From assembly GCA_043797085.1 (NCBI GenBank), contig JAZDQA010000011.1, positions 32,001 to 96,000 of the forward strand: a stretch of 64,000 nucleotides of DNA, written 5' to 3'. The notes below the pieces were generated by a model. That model saw only the letters and a program-made list of their open reading frames with translations. It was not told the origin of the DNA and ran no database searches. Below, piece by piece: positions 1 through 10,029 of this stretch. Source of the stretch: Pseudomonadota bacterium (lineage in GTDB: Bacteria > Campylobacterota > Campylobacteria > Campylobacterales > Sulfurimonadaceae). The translations under genes were made by a program, and so were the position numbers. Each line of letters begins with the position of its first letter. The first letter of the stretch is position 1.

Positions 1-338
1 AATGCAGCATATTGTTCAACATTGGTGACAAAAGCATTCAGAAAATTGGCAACGGAGTAAAGAATAATAGAGGCAAAAAGAACGGAAAGACGACCTTTTT
101 TATCTCCTAATATTCCCCATAAAATACCACCGAGGAGCATTCCGCCCATTTGCATATTTAGTATCGTCGAGCCCCATGAGGTAATTTCATCGGCATTTAG
201 ACCAAGTTCGCTCAAACTTGCCACTCGGACAACACCGAATAAAATGAGGTCATAGATATCGACAAAATACCCCATCGCGATGACGATAACGGGAAGTGTC
301 AATACTTGACGAAGGGTAGAAAGAGTTGAAGTTGGCAT
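1..338 (-). CDS. MFS transporter, N-terminal part (runs off window start)
   Basis: Manual translation from ATG at 338: MPTSTLSTLRQVLTLPVIVIAMGYFVDIYDL...GGMLLGGILWGILGDKKGR, a typical MFS TM1 and loop 2-3 motif. Confidence 0.8.
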   Translation of the reverse strand, partial: MPTSTLSTLRQVLTLPVIVIAMGYFVDIYDLILFGVVRVASLSELGLNADEITSWGSTILNMQMGGMLLGGILWGILGDKKGRLSVLFASIILYSVANFLNAFVTNVEQYAA

Positions 339-448
339 TAAGGCTCCCAGAGTATAGTGTTTTATTATAATCTATTTTGACTTAGATGAAGAAATAGGAG
401 ATAGTTGTATTATAATATTAATAAATATAATAAGGATGGTATAGAACA

Positions 449-721
449 ATGGTGCAAGAAATCCAAAAAGATATTATTCGATTTGCTCTTGACTTGGCGA
501 TTGATAGCATTAATACGTATTCAGGGTATAAAGGTGATTTGGTCGTTAAAATTCGTACAAGAAATAAAAGCGATGTTTTGGAAATCCGAAAACATGCCCT
601 TTTTTTAGAAATTAAAGAAGTGGTTATAAAAGAAAAGCTTGATACAGCGCAATATGAGATTTATTGTGTCACTAAAGATGATAGTATTTATCATTTGAGA
701 GAAGATACTAATTTTTTCTAA
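449..721 (+). CDS. hypothetical protein
   Basis: 90-aa ORF with AAGGA RBS-like sequence upstream; no motif recognised. Confidence 0.55.
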   Translation: MVQEIQKDIIRFALDLAIDSINTYSGYKGDLVVKIRTRNKSDVLEIRKHALFLEIKEVVIKEKLDTAQYEIYCVTKDDSIYHLREDTNFF

Positions 722-1664
722 TACTTGTTCCGGTTAAAAATACATAATCTTTACCTGTTAGGGTTACTCTAAATTTCTTTTGTTGCAAATATTTTTTACA
801 ATAATAGACATCTTTGTAGAGCAACGTCATTTCAGAATACGGATAATTCGGCGCTTTGGCACCGTAAATCATCTCTCCACCCATCCAGCGACAGTTTGGA
901 AATCCTAAAATCATCGCTCCGTCTCGTACTAAATATTCTTGGACGAGCTGCATGAACAGCAGTTTAAAATCAATACCGGGACTTTGGAGAGTACCGATGG
1001 AGATGATGAGGTCAAATTTTCCTAATCCCAGTGAAGCTAAATCATTAATATCATGGACAAAAAAGGTTGCATTTCCTTGCGAAAAACGTTCTCGTGCGTG
1101 AGAAATAGCCGTTTGAGAATGATCGATTCCAACAAGTTCGAGATTGAGATACTCATCATGGGGCAAAATTTGACGAATAAGATCAAATTCGTCTCCGGTA
1201 TTAATACCTAGATTCAAAATTCGCTTTCGCTCACCGACGTGAACACTTCTCAATGCTCGTAAATAAGGATTAAGAAATGCAGGTTCTTCATTTTTATGAA
1301 GTGTTGAAAATTTAGATTGCGTTCCGTATTTTTCTTCTTTTTCATCACTGTGATGAAATGAGTCGCTGAGATCGAGTTTTTCATACGTAATTTGTACAGT
1401 ATGATCCGATAAAAGTTTCGGGGTTAACATTCGGCAAAAAAGTATTTCGCCCAAATCGCTCCATGCCTTGTAGCTGCGGTAAAGATAGTCTGTTTCATCA
1501 ATCGTAATGGTCTCACCCGCGTAGTGTCCACGTTCGATGTCAGGATTGAGAACTTCGAATGTCAGGGTATCAAATTCTTTTAATACGTTTTGCCCCCACG
1601 TAAGAATTTCAACAAGGGGTTCAATGCTAAAAGATTTCAAAACAATTCCCACGGTTGATTCCAT
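708..1664 (-). CDS. class I SAM-dependent methyltransferase
   Basis: ILNLGINTGDE motif I-like segment, VGID, FDLIIS. Confidence 0.75.
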   Translation of the reverse strand: MESTVGIVLKSFSIEPLVEILTWGQNVLKEFDTLTFEVLNPDIERGHYAGETITIDETDYLYRSYKAWSDLGEILFCRMLTPKLLSDHTVQITYEKLDLSDSFHHSDEKEEKYGTQSKFSTLHKNEEPAFLNPYLRALRSVHVGERKRILNLGINTGDEFDLIRQILPHDEYLNLELVGIDHSQTAISHARERFSQGNATFFVHDINDLASLGLGKFDLIISIGTLQSPGIDFKLLFMQLVQEYLVRDGAMILGFPNCRWMGGEMIYGAKAPNYPYSEMTLLYKDVYYCKKYLQQKKFRVTLTGKDYVFLTGTSIRKN

Positions 1665-2401
1665 ACATCAAGTTGCGTTTTGCACTCGACACTCACAAAC
1701 CGCTCTCCCTCATCGGGTGCTGAAATAAAACTAAATACCTCATCGTTTAGACGAAAACGCAGGGCATACGCGTGCAAATAGCCTCTCTCTTCTTTGCGGG
1801 CAACATCGGCTTGCGCGTAGCGCTCATCTCCCGCAATAGGGGAACCCAGGCTTTTGAGGGCAACACGGATTTGATGGGTTTTTCCGGTGTGAGGCTTGAT
1901 GAGAAAAAATCGCTCGTGTGTACGCAGTGCGCAGCTGATAAACTGAGTGATAGCCGGATTGTTCATTGTCGGCAGAAGCTTATAATCACCGCGTCTGGCG
2001 CTTCCCATATCTGCCTTGACCCACCCCATTTTTTTCTTCGGTTTGCGCATACTAATAGCAAGATAGTATTTCTCTATCTCACGGCTTTCGAACATTTTTC
2101 CAAACTGTGCAGCGGTTTGCGAATCTTTGGCGAGGATGACGAGCCCTGAAGTCATTTTATCGAGACGGTGGACGGGAAAGAGGGGGATTCCAAGCTGTTG
2201 GGAGACTTGCACAACAAATCCCGCTTCCCCTTCGGAGTGGAAGTTGACTCCTGCACGTTTAACGGTAATGGCAAAATGGTCGTTTTGATACAAAACAGTT
2301 GAATTTTTAGGAAGCTCAATCAAGCAGTCTCTTTTATAATAGATACGTGATTGTAGCAAGAGTAAACCTTGTTCCCATTTATTGTATCTAATGATGTACA
2401 A
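1637..2401 (-). CDS. RluA-family pseudouridine synthase (true start probably near 2320)
   Basis: HRLDKMTSG catalytic motif, TGKTHQIRVAL, PIAGD, YLHA. Confidence 0.9.
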   Translation of the reverse strand: MYIIRYNKWEQGLLLLQSRIYYKRDCLIELPKNSTVLYQNDHFAITVKRAGVNFHSEGEAGFVVQVSQQLGIPLFPVHRLDKMTSGLVILAKDSQTAAQFGKMFESREIEKYYLAISMRKPKKKMGWVKADMGSARRGDYKLLPTMNNPAITQFISCALRTHERFFLIKPHTGKTHQIRVALKSLGSPIAGDERYAQADVARKEERGYLHAYALRFRLNDEVFSFISAPDEGERFVSVECKTQLDVWNQPWELF

Positions 2402-2437
2402 TCTATCTAGTTCTCAAACCTAAATAAAGGAGACCTA

Positions 2438-4741
2438 ATGGCAAAAGATATTGTCTGCGGAATGGAGGTTTCCCCTTCGACACCGTACCAAAGTGATTAT
2501 AAAAATCAACATTACCTTTTTTGCTCCGAGCATTGTCAGCACAAATTTGAAGAGCACCCTGAAAACTTTCTCCACTCTGAAAGCGTATCGTGTCCCAATC
2601 ATAGCTGTTCCATCGATACCGCCAAGAGTGTTCTCTATACGTGTCCTATGCATCCTGAAGTGGAGCAAATAGGACCCGGAAGCTGTCCAAAATGCGGTAT
2701 GGCACTCGAACCCAAAACAGTGCAGCTCGACGATGATACGACAGAATACGATACGATGAAGCGCCGTTTTTGGATCAGTAGCGTGTTGTCTCTCTTTGTT
2801 TTAATCAGTGCGATGGGTTCGGAGTTTTTTCCCGAACAATTTGATACGATGATCGATCCCAAATCGCGTCAGTGGTTTGAAATGCTCCTCTCCGCTCCGG
2901 TCGTATGGTGGGGCGGATCGATCTTTTATATAAGGGCTTACGAATCAATTCGTAACCGCAGCCTGAATATGTTTACACTTATCGCACTGGGTACTTCGAC
3001 CTCATGGATATACAGTGCCGTTGCCGTCCTTTTTCCTGCTATTTTCCCCGAAAATCTATCTATGCATATGGGGATTATCCCGGTTTATTTCGAAGCAGCA
3101 GCAGTCATCACCACCCTTGTCTTATTGGGGCAGGTATTGGAACTTCGCGCCCGCAGCCGAACGAACGATGCAATCCGGCTGTTGCTTGGACTCTCAGCGA
3201 AGAGTGCACGTATTATCCGCCCGGACGGAAGCGAAGAGGAAATATCCCTCAAACTCGTTCAGCCGGGGGATCGGCTCCGTATCCGTCCGGGTGAGAAGAT
3301 TCCGGTAGATGGTATCGTCGTTGATGGGGAGAGTCATGTGGATGAGTCGATGGTGACCGGAGAACCGATTCCGCTCTCCAAAAAAAACGGAGAGCATCTG
3401 ATCGGTGCGACCATCAATACGACGGGAAGCCTTGTCATGGAGGCGCAGAAAGTGGGAGCCGATACGCTCCTCTCCCAGATCGTCTCAATGGTTTCTCAGG
3501 CACAGCGTTCCCGCGCGCCGATTCAGAAGAGTGCGGATCGGGTATCGGGCTATTTTGTCCCTGTGGTTATTTTTATCGCCGTGGTGACGTTTATCGTTTG
3601 GTATTTTTTCGGACCCGAACCCTCATTGGGGTATGCTCTCGTTAATGCCGTCGCGGTATTGATTATCGCTTGTCCGTGCGCACTGGGATTGGCCACACCC
3701 ATATCGATTATGGTCGGCACCGGCAAAGGGGCAATAGAGGGTGTTTTGATCAAAAATGCCGAAGCTTTGGAGATGATGGAAAAGATCGATACCCTCGTCG
3801 TCGATAAGACGGGGACGTTAACGGAGGGAAAACCGAAACTGGTCTCCGTTATCGCACAAGAGGGATGGGATGAAAACAAAATTGTTTCTTTAGCGGCCTC
3901 ATTGGAGCGTTCCAGCGAACACCCGCTCGCCTCAGCGGTAGTGAATGCCGCGCAGGAGAGAGGAGTGCCACTGAGTGAAACGGATCAGTTCCGATCGGTA
4001 ACGGGCAAAGGGGTTGTCGGAAAAGTTGAGGGGTTGGAAATCGCCTTGGGAAATATCAAATTGATGGAAGAACTGGGAATCGAAACGGCAGGACTCTCGG
4101 CTGTGGCGGACGATTTGCGCCGCGAAGGTGAAAGTGTGATGTTTCTTGCCATCGATCATACGCTAGCAGGGCTACTCGGTGTTGCCGACCCGATCAAAGA
4201 GACCACCGCGCAAGCAATCCGTGATTTGCACGAGGAGGGGATAACGGTTGTGATGCTCAGCGGAGACAGCCGTATCACCGCCGAAGCGGTCGCCGCCCGA
4301 TTGGGGATTGATCACTTTGAAGCCGAAGTTCTGCCGCAGCAAAAAGCCGAAACGATAAAACGGCTCCAGAGTGAGGGGCATATCGTCGCGATGGCAGGAG
4401 ATGGGATTAACGATGCCCCCGCATTGGCTCAGGCTCAGGTGGGGATCGCTATGGGGAGCGGAACCGATGTCGCGATGGAGAGTGCGGGAATCACCCTCGT
4501 CAAAGGAGACCTTCGCGGTATCGTCCGCGCACGCCGTCTCAGCCGCGCCACGATGCGCAATATTCGCCAAAACCTCTTTTTCGCCTTTATTTACAACAGT
4601 GCGGGGATACCGATTGCGGCGGGAGTCCTTTATCCATTTTTCGGAGTACTGCTCTCACCGATGATTGCGGCGGCTGCTATGAGCTTCAGTTCGGTGTCGG
4701 TGATTACGAATGCATTGAGATTACGAGGGGAAAAGCTTTAA
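2438..4741 (+). CDS. copA: Cu(I)/Ag-translocating P1B-type ATPase with N-terminal YHS and YTCPMHP metal-binding domains
   Basis: [30 protein letters not shown] and MSFSS motifs; N-terminal DIVCGM...FCSEHC. Confidence 0.92.
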   Translation: MAKDIVCGMEVSPSTPYQSDYKNQHYLFCSEHCQHKFEEHPENFLHSESVSCPNHSCSIDTAKSVLYTCPMHPEVEQIGPGSCPKCGMALEPKTVQLDDDTTEYDTMKRRFWISSVLSLFVLISAMGSEFFPEQFDTMIDPKSRQWFEMLLSAPVVWWGGSIFYIRAYESIRNRSLNMFTLIALGTSTSWIYSAVAVLFPAIFPENLSMHMGIIPVYFEAAAVITTLVLLGQVLELRARSRTNDAIRLLLGLSAKSARIIRPDGSEEEISLKLVQPGDRLRIRPGEKIPVDGIVVDGESHVDESMVTGEPIPLSKKNGEHLIGATINTTGSLVMEAQKVGADTLLSQIVSMVSQAQRSRAPIQKSADRVSGYFVPVVIFIAVVTFIVWYFFGPEPSLGYALVNAVAVLIIACPCALGLATPISIMVGTGKGAIEGVLIKNAEALEMMEKIDTLVVDKTGTLTEGKPKLVSVIAQEGWDENKIVSLAASLERSSEHPLASAVVNAAQERGVPLSETDQFRSVTGKGVVGKVEGLEIALGNIKLMEELGIETAGLSAVADDLRREGESVMFLAIDHTLAGLLGVADPIKETTAQAIRDLHEEGITVVMLSGDSRITAEAVAARLGIDHFEAEVLPQQKAETIKRLQSEGHIVAMAGDGINDAPALAQAQVGIAMGSGTDVAMESAGITLVKGDLRGIVRARRLSRATMRNIRQNLFFAFIYNSAGIPIAAGVLYPFFGVLLSPMIAAAAMSFSSVSVITNALRLRGEKL

Positions 4742-4835
4742 AGCTCTTCACATATATAGTAAAAAGATAGTTACTGAAACTTGACATGCTAGAATATAAT
4801 GTATATAATCATTACATACATTTAGTAAAAGGTGA

Positions 4836-5144
4836 GTGATGTTTGATTGTCTCGATGTCGAACGATTGTGCGGGTTTGATTGGAATGATGGCAATATCCA
4901 AAAAAACAAACTCAAACACGATCTCGATTTTTGGCTGATCGAAGAGATATTTTTCAACGAACCGTTACTCATCTACGAAGATAATGCCCACTCAGAACAA
5001 GAGTGCCGATGCTACGCATTGGGAAAAACCGATGATGGGCAATTGCTCTTTGTCGCTTTTACCGTGCGGGGGCAAAGAATTAGAGTGATTTCGGCACGTC
5101 CGATGAGCAAAAAGGAGAGAAGCTACTATGAAAAAAATACCTGA
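4836..5144 (+). CDS. brnT: BrnT-family toxin (type II TA)
   Basis: FDWNDGNIQKNKLKH...E.R..ALG...RIRVISAR...ER..YE pattern. Confidence 0.85.
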   Translation: MMFDCLDVERLCGFDWNDGNIQKNKLKHDLDFWLIEEIFFNEPLLIYEDNAHSEQECRCYALGKTDDGQLLFVAFTVRGQRIRVISARPMSKKERSYYEKNT

Positions 5145-5385
5145 ACTGAAAACCGAAGATGAGATTGCGACATTTTGGGACGAACATGATTCGACGGAGT
5201 ATATTGACTGGGACAAAGCCAAACCGATGCGTTTGGCAAATCTACAAAAGAGTGCGAAAACGATTTCAATCCGTATGCCTGTTGATATGATCGAAACCCT
5301 CAAAATTCAAGCAAATAAAAACGACATTCCCTATCAGTCGTATCTAAAGATGTTGATTGCGGATGGTTTGAGGGCACATGGGTAA
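5128..5385 (+). CDS. BrnA/CopG-type antitoxin
   Basis: FWDEHDSTEY and ISIRMP...IPYQSYLK ribbon-helix-helix; overlaps the toxin gene end. Confidence 0.8.
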   Translation: MKKIPELKTEDEIATFWDEHDSTEYIDWDKAKPMRLANLQKSAKTISIRMPVDMIETLKIQANKNDIPYQSYLKMLIADGLRAHG

Positions 5386-5387
5386 AT

Positions 5388-5414
5388 GTCATTCCCGCGT
5401 AGGCGGGAATTCAG
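5388..5414 (+). repeat. REP/dRS3-like palindromic element ATTCCC-N8-GGGAAT
   Basis: gtcATTCCCgcgtaggcGGGAATtcag; inverted copy at 6390-6416. Confidence 0.75.
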
Positions 5415-5430
5415 TAAAGCTATGTTGAAT

Positions 5431-6324
5431 TTAACTTATGTCATTGAGAATTTTATTGATAGTTTTTAAAACCTCAATTAAGCCTTTGTAGTCAAATTCA
5501 TTAGGTATTTTGCCATCTATATAATATTTTGAATCAAAACATCTGAATTCCTTTGATATAAATAGAAATATTTGTTTGTCTACAACAGCCAATGACATAT
5601 CACTATCTAATTCATTTAAAACTTTTAGAAGTTTTTCTTCTGCAAGTGAATTCAAAGATTTTGTTATTACAGTATGATTATCGCTATAGGTAGAAATGGG
5701 TGAAAAATCTTTTTTTAGCGATTGACGTAACTGTTCTAAAGATGGGAAAATATTTTTTTCATAAATATATATTTCATCAATCCATGATGTGTGAGTTTCA
5801 ATACTAATAAATAATCCTTTATTCATTTTATTAATAAAAATAGGATTTTCAAGATTGAAAAAATCAATATAGATTGAAGCTACTGTGGTTTTTTTATTTG
5901 AAATCTGTATATTAAATGCCCAATATTGCTGTATTGTACTTGATACAATAAATAAATCATATAAAAGAAAAAATCCAGATTTTTTTGCATTTTTGTTTAA
6001 ATCGGAATAGCCAATAAATGCACCTTTTTCATCGATACATTTTAATGTATTTGCAAAAATAGTAGTTGTTAATTCATCTTGGTATTCATATCTAAATGCA
6101 TAAGTTCCTATATAAAAAATCATTGCAGCTATGAATAAAGACATAATGAAAAAGATAATATGCAGACCAAAATGCTGTGTTAAAAGAAAAATACCAATGA
6201 CTACAGCTAATAGTGAAACTGTTAAAATGATAAGCTTATTTTCGACAGCATCTATTTTAGTCTTTAAAGTTAAAATATCAGATTGAACTTTTTGCATATA
6301 CAAATGTTTAAACTTATCATACAT
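5431..6324 (-). CDS. AT-rich hypothetical membrane protein (two N-terminal TM helices)
   Basis: 297-aa ORF, hydrophobic stretches near residues 32-77, visibly more AT-rich than its neighbours. Confidence 0.7.
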   Translation of the reverse strand: MYDKFKHLYMQKVQSDILTLKTKIDAVENKLIILTVSLLAVVIGIFLLTQHFGLHIIFFIMSLFIAAMIFYIGTYAFRYEYQDELTTTIFANTLKCIDEKGAFIGYSDLNKNAKKSGFFLLYDLFIVSSTIQQYWAFNIQISNKKTTVASIYIDFFNLENPIFINKMNKGLFISIETHTSWIDEIYIYEKNIFPSLEQLRQSLKKDFSPISTYSDNHTVITKSLNSLAEEKLLKVLNELDSDMSLAVVDKQIFLFISKEFRCFDSKYYIDGKIPNEFDYKGLIEVLKTINKILNDIS

Positions 6325-6389
6325 GGATTTACTTTTAATGTTTTTTTTATGATACGGTATTTTAACTTATAAAGTGAAATAAAATTAAG

Positions 6390-6416
6390 CTGGATTCCCG
6401 CTTACGCGGGAATGAC
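6390..6416 (-). repeat. REP/dRS3-like palindromic element, inverted partner of 5388-5414
   Basis: ctggATTCCCgcttacgcGGGAATgac; reverse complement differs from the first copy at 2 of 27 positions. Confidence 0.75.
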
Positions 6417-6419
6417 GGA

Positions 6420-7166
6420 TTAGTTCGGTATCTCTTCTTGGGATAGTATCCGATACTCCCCATCTTTTAAATTCCCAAGAGTTAAATTTCCAATACGGGA
6501 GCGGTGCAATGCCGTGACATGATTCCCCACCGCCGCGAACATTCGCCGTACCTGATGGTATCGTCCTTCGGTGATTTCTAATGTCACATGTGTTTCATCG
6601 ATTATGGTGAGTTTGGCAGGAAGACACGGAGATTTTTCACCATTTAGCATCAATGTACCTGTTGCGAAAATATTCGTTTCATTACCGTTTAATGGTCGAT
6701 CCAGTGTTACTTCGTAGAGTTTAGGGACATGATATTTAGGGGACGTAAGGCGATGAAGGAGTTGCCCGTCATCCGTAAGCAGAAGTAATCCGCTCGTCTC
6801 TTTGTCGAGTCGTCCGATGGTGGAAATCTTAGGATCACGTTTCTGCCATCTTGAGGGAAGCAGGGAATAAACGAGTTTTCCTTCGCCATCATCATGGGAA
6901 CAGACAAAATCAAGCGGTTTATTCATCATAATAACCATCCCCTCACGCGTGTCGAGTGGTTCACCCTGAAATGCTACATCGTGATGAAATGCTTTGAAAT
7001 CGGTTTTTTTTATGATCTCTCCATCAACGGTAACAAGACCTGCGGCAATGAGTTTTTTGGATTCATTGCGACTTGCATATCCCAGACTGGTGAGAAGTTG
7101 ATCGAGTCGTTGTTTAGAGGGTTTGGAGTTTTTCATCGGTCTCTTTAGTGATTCTATCGAATTCAT
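6420..7166 (-). CDS. RsuA-family rRNA pseudouridine synthase (start possibly near 7136)
   Basis: S4 domain RLDQLL, GRLDKETSGLLLLTDDG, EGRYHQVRRMF. Confidence 0.9.
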   Translation of the reverse strand: MNSIESLKRPMKNSKPSKQRLDQLLTSLGYASRNESKKLIAAGLVTVDGEIIKKTDFKAFHHDVAFQGEPLDTREGMVIMMNKPLDFVCSHDDGEGKLVYSLLPSRWQKRDPKISTIGRLDKETSGLLLLTDDGQLLHRLTSPKYHVPKLYEVTLDRPLNGNETNIFATGTLMLNGEKSPCLPAKLTIIDETHVTLEITEGRYHQVRRMFAAVGNHVTALHRSRIGNLTLGNLKDGEYRILSQEEIPN

Positions 7167-8946
7167 TACTGGCTGTTTCTAATCTCTCAAACAAGTTTTC
7201 AATTTCTTTCTCATCCACAGAAATACTTTTTGAAAGTTCTTGGAGCTTACCGCTATCACCTTGATTGGAATATTCGATCAGTTTTTCGTGCGATATTTTG
7301 AGCTTATCTTCGAGTTTCATAATTGTATTTTCGCAAGTGTCAATCTCTTTTTTGAGAGGATTAAGGAGTCGTGAACGCTCTTGGATTAGTTCAGCGCGCT
7401 GCTGCTTTTGCTCTTTTTTATTGCTGTTTTGGGTTGCTTTGGCAGGTTTTGGTGCCTCAGATATTTCTTCATCCCATCCGATTTTTTCTAAAAATTGATC
7501 GTAGTTGCCATCAAAAAACTCAGCTCCGCCTTCACGGAAGATAATCAGCTGATCGGCAAGTTCACGCAACAGCATCTCAGAGTGGGTGACGATGACAACA
7601 GAGCCGTCAAAGCGTTTAAGCGCATCGCATAGGGAGTCAATGGACTGCATATCGAGGTGATTGGTCGGTTCATCTAAAAAGAGGAGATTGGCGGGGGTGG
7701 CGATGATTTTACCCAGCATTACGCGAGAGCGTTCACCTCCTGAGAGGATAGAGATTTTTTTATCGGCATCGTCACCGCTAAACATCATCGTTCCGCAAAT
7801 GGATCGGACACGGACATTTTGGAGGGTATTGTCAGCACTTTGAATTTCGTCCGCAATGGTATTATTTTTATCTAACCGATCGATGTTGGTTTGACCGAAG
7901 TGGGCGATAGCGGTCGAGGGATGAGAAATGATTTCTCCGGTAGGTTTTAAAACACCTGCCATTGTATTGAGAAGCGTTGATTTTCCTTTCCCATTTTTCC
8001 CGATAATAGCGAGGCATTTGTTCTTTTCCAAACTAAACGAGAGATTTTGAAAAAGCAGTTCATCCGCAGTGTAGCCAAATGAGAGGTTTTTGATTTCCAT
8101 AATAACTTTGGCGGGAGTAGGGCGATAGGAAAAAGAGAAGGATAAATCTTTTTCACCCTCCAAGGATTCCATAATCCCCATTTTTTCCAGCTCTTTGGCT
8201 TTGGATTGTGCCATGACAGCAGTGGATGCACGGGCTTTGTTGCGAGCGACAAAGTCGATGAGCTCTTCCCGTTTTTTATCATGATTGATTTTGGTCTTGA
8301 CGTACAATTCGTCTTCCCCTGCCATCATTTCATAATATTTGGCACTGCCGCCTTTGATGATCGATACATTACGGCGACGTAATCCCATGGTATGCGTAGA
8401 AACGGAATCCATAAAATCACGATCATGGGTGATAAGAATCACTTCTCCCTCAAATGCACGGATAAACGAGGCAAGCCAGCGAAGTGAGACGATGTCGAGG
8501 TAGTTGGTCGGTTCATCGAGAAGGAGTAAATTGGGTTCGGTAACGAGAAGTTTGACGAGGTTCATCCGTATCTGATAGCCACCTGAAAAGCTCAAGGGAT
8601 CTTTATCCAAATCTTCTTGGGTAAATCCCAAACCGAAAAGAATTTTTTCAACCTTATAGACATCATGTTGGGCATCTCCCACCAAGACAGAGGCACACTC
8701 TTCGCGAACGGTTTTATGGGTGAAATGGAGATGTTGTCGCAATGTTCCGATACGGTAATTTCGCGGGATGAGTATTTCGCCCTTATCGTAAGGCTCTTCA
8801 CTCAAAATGATTTTAAATAGAGTTGATTTACCGGAACCGTTGCGTCCGACAAACCCGATTTTTTGACCTGCGGAGAGTTTGAGATTGAGATTCTCAAACA
8901 GTACGCGTGTTCCGTAGCTTTTTGTAAGATTATTTATTTGAATCAT
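7114..8946 (-). CDS. ABC-F family ATP-binding protein
   Basis: Two ABC domains (GRNGSGKST/FSGG/LLLDEPTN and GKNGKGKST/LSGGE/FLDEPTN), no TM segments, C-terminal coiled coil. Confidence 0.9.
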   Translation of the reverse strand: MIQINNLTKSYGTRVLFENLNLKLSAGQKIGFVGRNGSGKSTLFKIILSEEPYDKGEILIPRNYRIGTLRQHLHFTHKTVREECASVLVGDAQHDVYKVEKILFGLGFTQEDLDKDPLSFSGGYQIRMNLVKLLVTEPNLLLLDEPTNYLDIVSLRWLASFIRAFEGEVILITHDRDFMDSVSTHTMGLRRRNVSIIKGGSAKYYEMMAGEDELYVKTKINHDKKREELIDFVARNKARASTAVMAQSKAKELEKMGIMESLEGEKDLSFSFSYRPTPAKVIMEIKNLSFGYTADELLFQNLSFSLEKNKCLAIIGKNGKGKSTLLNTMAGVLKPTGEIISHPSTAIAHFGQTNIDRLDKNNTIADEIQSADNTLQNVRVRSICGTMMFSGDDADKKISILSGGERSRVMLGKIIATPANLLFLDEPTNHLDMQSIDSLCDALKRFDGSVVIVTHSEMLLRELADQLIIFREGGAEFFDGNYDQFLEKIGWDEEISEAPKPAKATQNSNKKEQKQQRAELIQERSRLLNPLKKEIDTCENTIMKLEDKLKISHEKLIEYSNQGDSGKLQELSKSISVDEKEIENLFERLETASNEFDRITKETDEKLQTL

Positions 8947-10022
8947 TATTCTTCTATTTTGTGAGGAAGTTTTCCGGGCATCGCCTCTTTATTGGCGAGG
9001 AGATCTTCGATCTGACGTTTTACTTTGTCGTAGCGAAACTGCTCTTTAAACCCATTGATTCGTCCACCTGCAGCATTAGGATGTCCGCCGCCACCTGCCC
9101 ATTCGCCTGCCATCATGGCAACATCGACTTGGTCGTGTCCTCGTAGACTCATTGTCCCGCGCGTACTGATATCAACGATAAAATCAAAATCAGGAAATGC
9201 GGTGACAAAACCATTTCCGATGATGGACGTATTACCCAAGCCGTAACTTAAAAATCCGCGCCATCCTTTGTAATAGATGGTCATAGTAGAGCGTTTGCTT
9301 CCCAGTAGTGCTACGATGTATTTTGTAGAGAGATTATCGAGTGTATTGTCTATACCGTCTTTGAAAAAATCTTTTTTCATGCTATGGATTGCTTCATCCA
9401 GTACAATATTTCCATTGGGTATAAATCGCATTGTTGCGGCACGTTCCAATAGGCTTAGCTTGTACTCACGGTCTTCATTCGCAAACATCACACGGCTAAG
9501 TTCACGGGCATCACTGATGAGGCGCATACAGACTTTTCCGTACTCAAAATCTTCTTCTTCCTCTTGTTTCCACAAATCGACGGCATTAACGACTTTGACA
9601 AACGCTTCGAGCCATCCTCCCGCACTCAATCCATAGTTTTCAATGGCATATTCGTACACGATTTTCGTTGCACATCGATCGGTATCCAACGTATACCATT
9701 CGTATTGCACCGCCGAATCCTTGCCGCTTCCGTGATGATCGAGGAGAGTTAGTGTAATCGTCCATCCTGCTTCGTTGAGTTTTCGTACTTCATGATGAAG
9801 CCATTTTGCTTCGTCGGGACTGAGATTGAGATCACTGATAAGAATCGTCGCTTCTTGTTTATTTTTTTTGAGCGTATCCACGATTTCTTCGAGACGCTCC
9901 ATGACTTCTGCCCCGTAATTGGCATTATAACTGTTCATAGTGTGCTGTGTTTGAGCCATAACCAGTTGGCAACTGTAACCGTCTAGGTCGGTGTGCGAGA
10001 GGTGGTAAAAAGTTTTTTTCAT
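8946..10022 (-). CDS. DHH/DHHA1-family phosphoesterase
   Basis: SHTDLDG, ISDL, LDHH and GGGGHPNAAG motifs. Confidence 0.85.
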   Translation of the reverse strand: MKKTFYHLSHTDLDGYSCQLVMAQTQHTMNSYNANYGAEVMERLEEIVDTLKKNKQEATILISDLNLSPDEAKWLHHEVRKLNEAGWTITLTLLDHHGSGKDSAVQYEWYTLDTDRCATKIVYEYAIENYGLSAGGWLEAFVKVVNAVDLWKQEEEEDFEYGKVCMRLISDARELSRVMFANEDREYKLSLLERAATMRFIPNGNIVLDEAIHSMKKDFFKDGIDNTLDNLSTKYIVALLGSKRSTMTIYYKGWRGFLSYGLGNTSIIGNGFVTAFPDFDFIVDISTRGTMSLRGHDQVDVAMMAGEWAGGGGHPNAAGGRINGFKEQFRYDKVKRQIEDLLANKEAMPGKLPHKIEE

Positions 10023-10029
10023 AACTGTC

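Noticed and set aside
2435..4664. Many short alternative ORFs over the Cu-ATPase
   Set aside because: Shadow ORFs expected in a GC-richer coding region.
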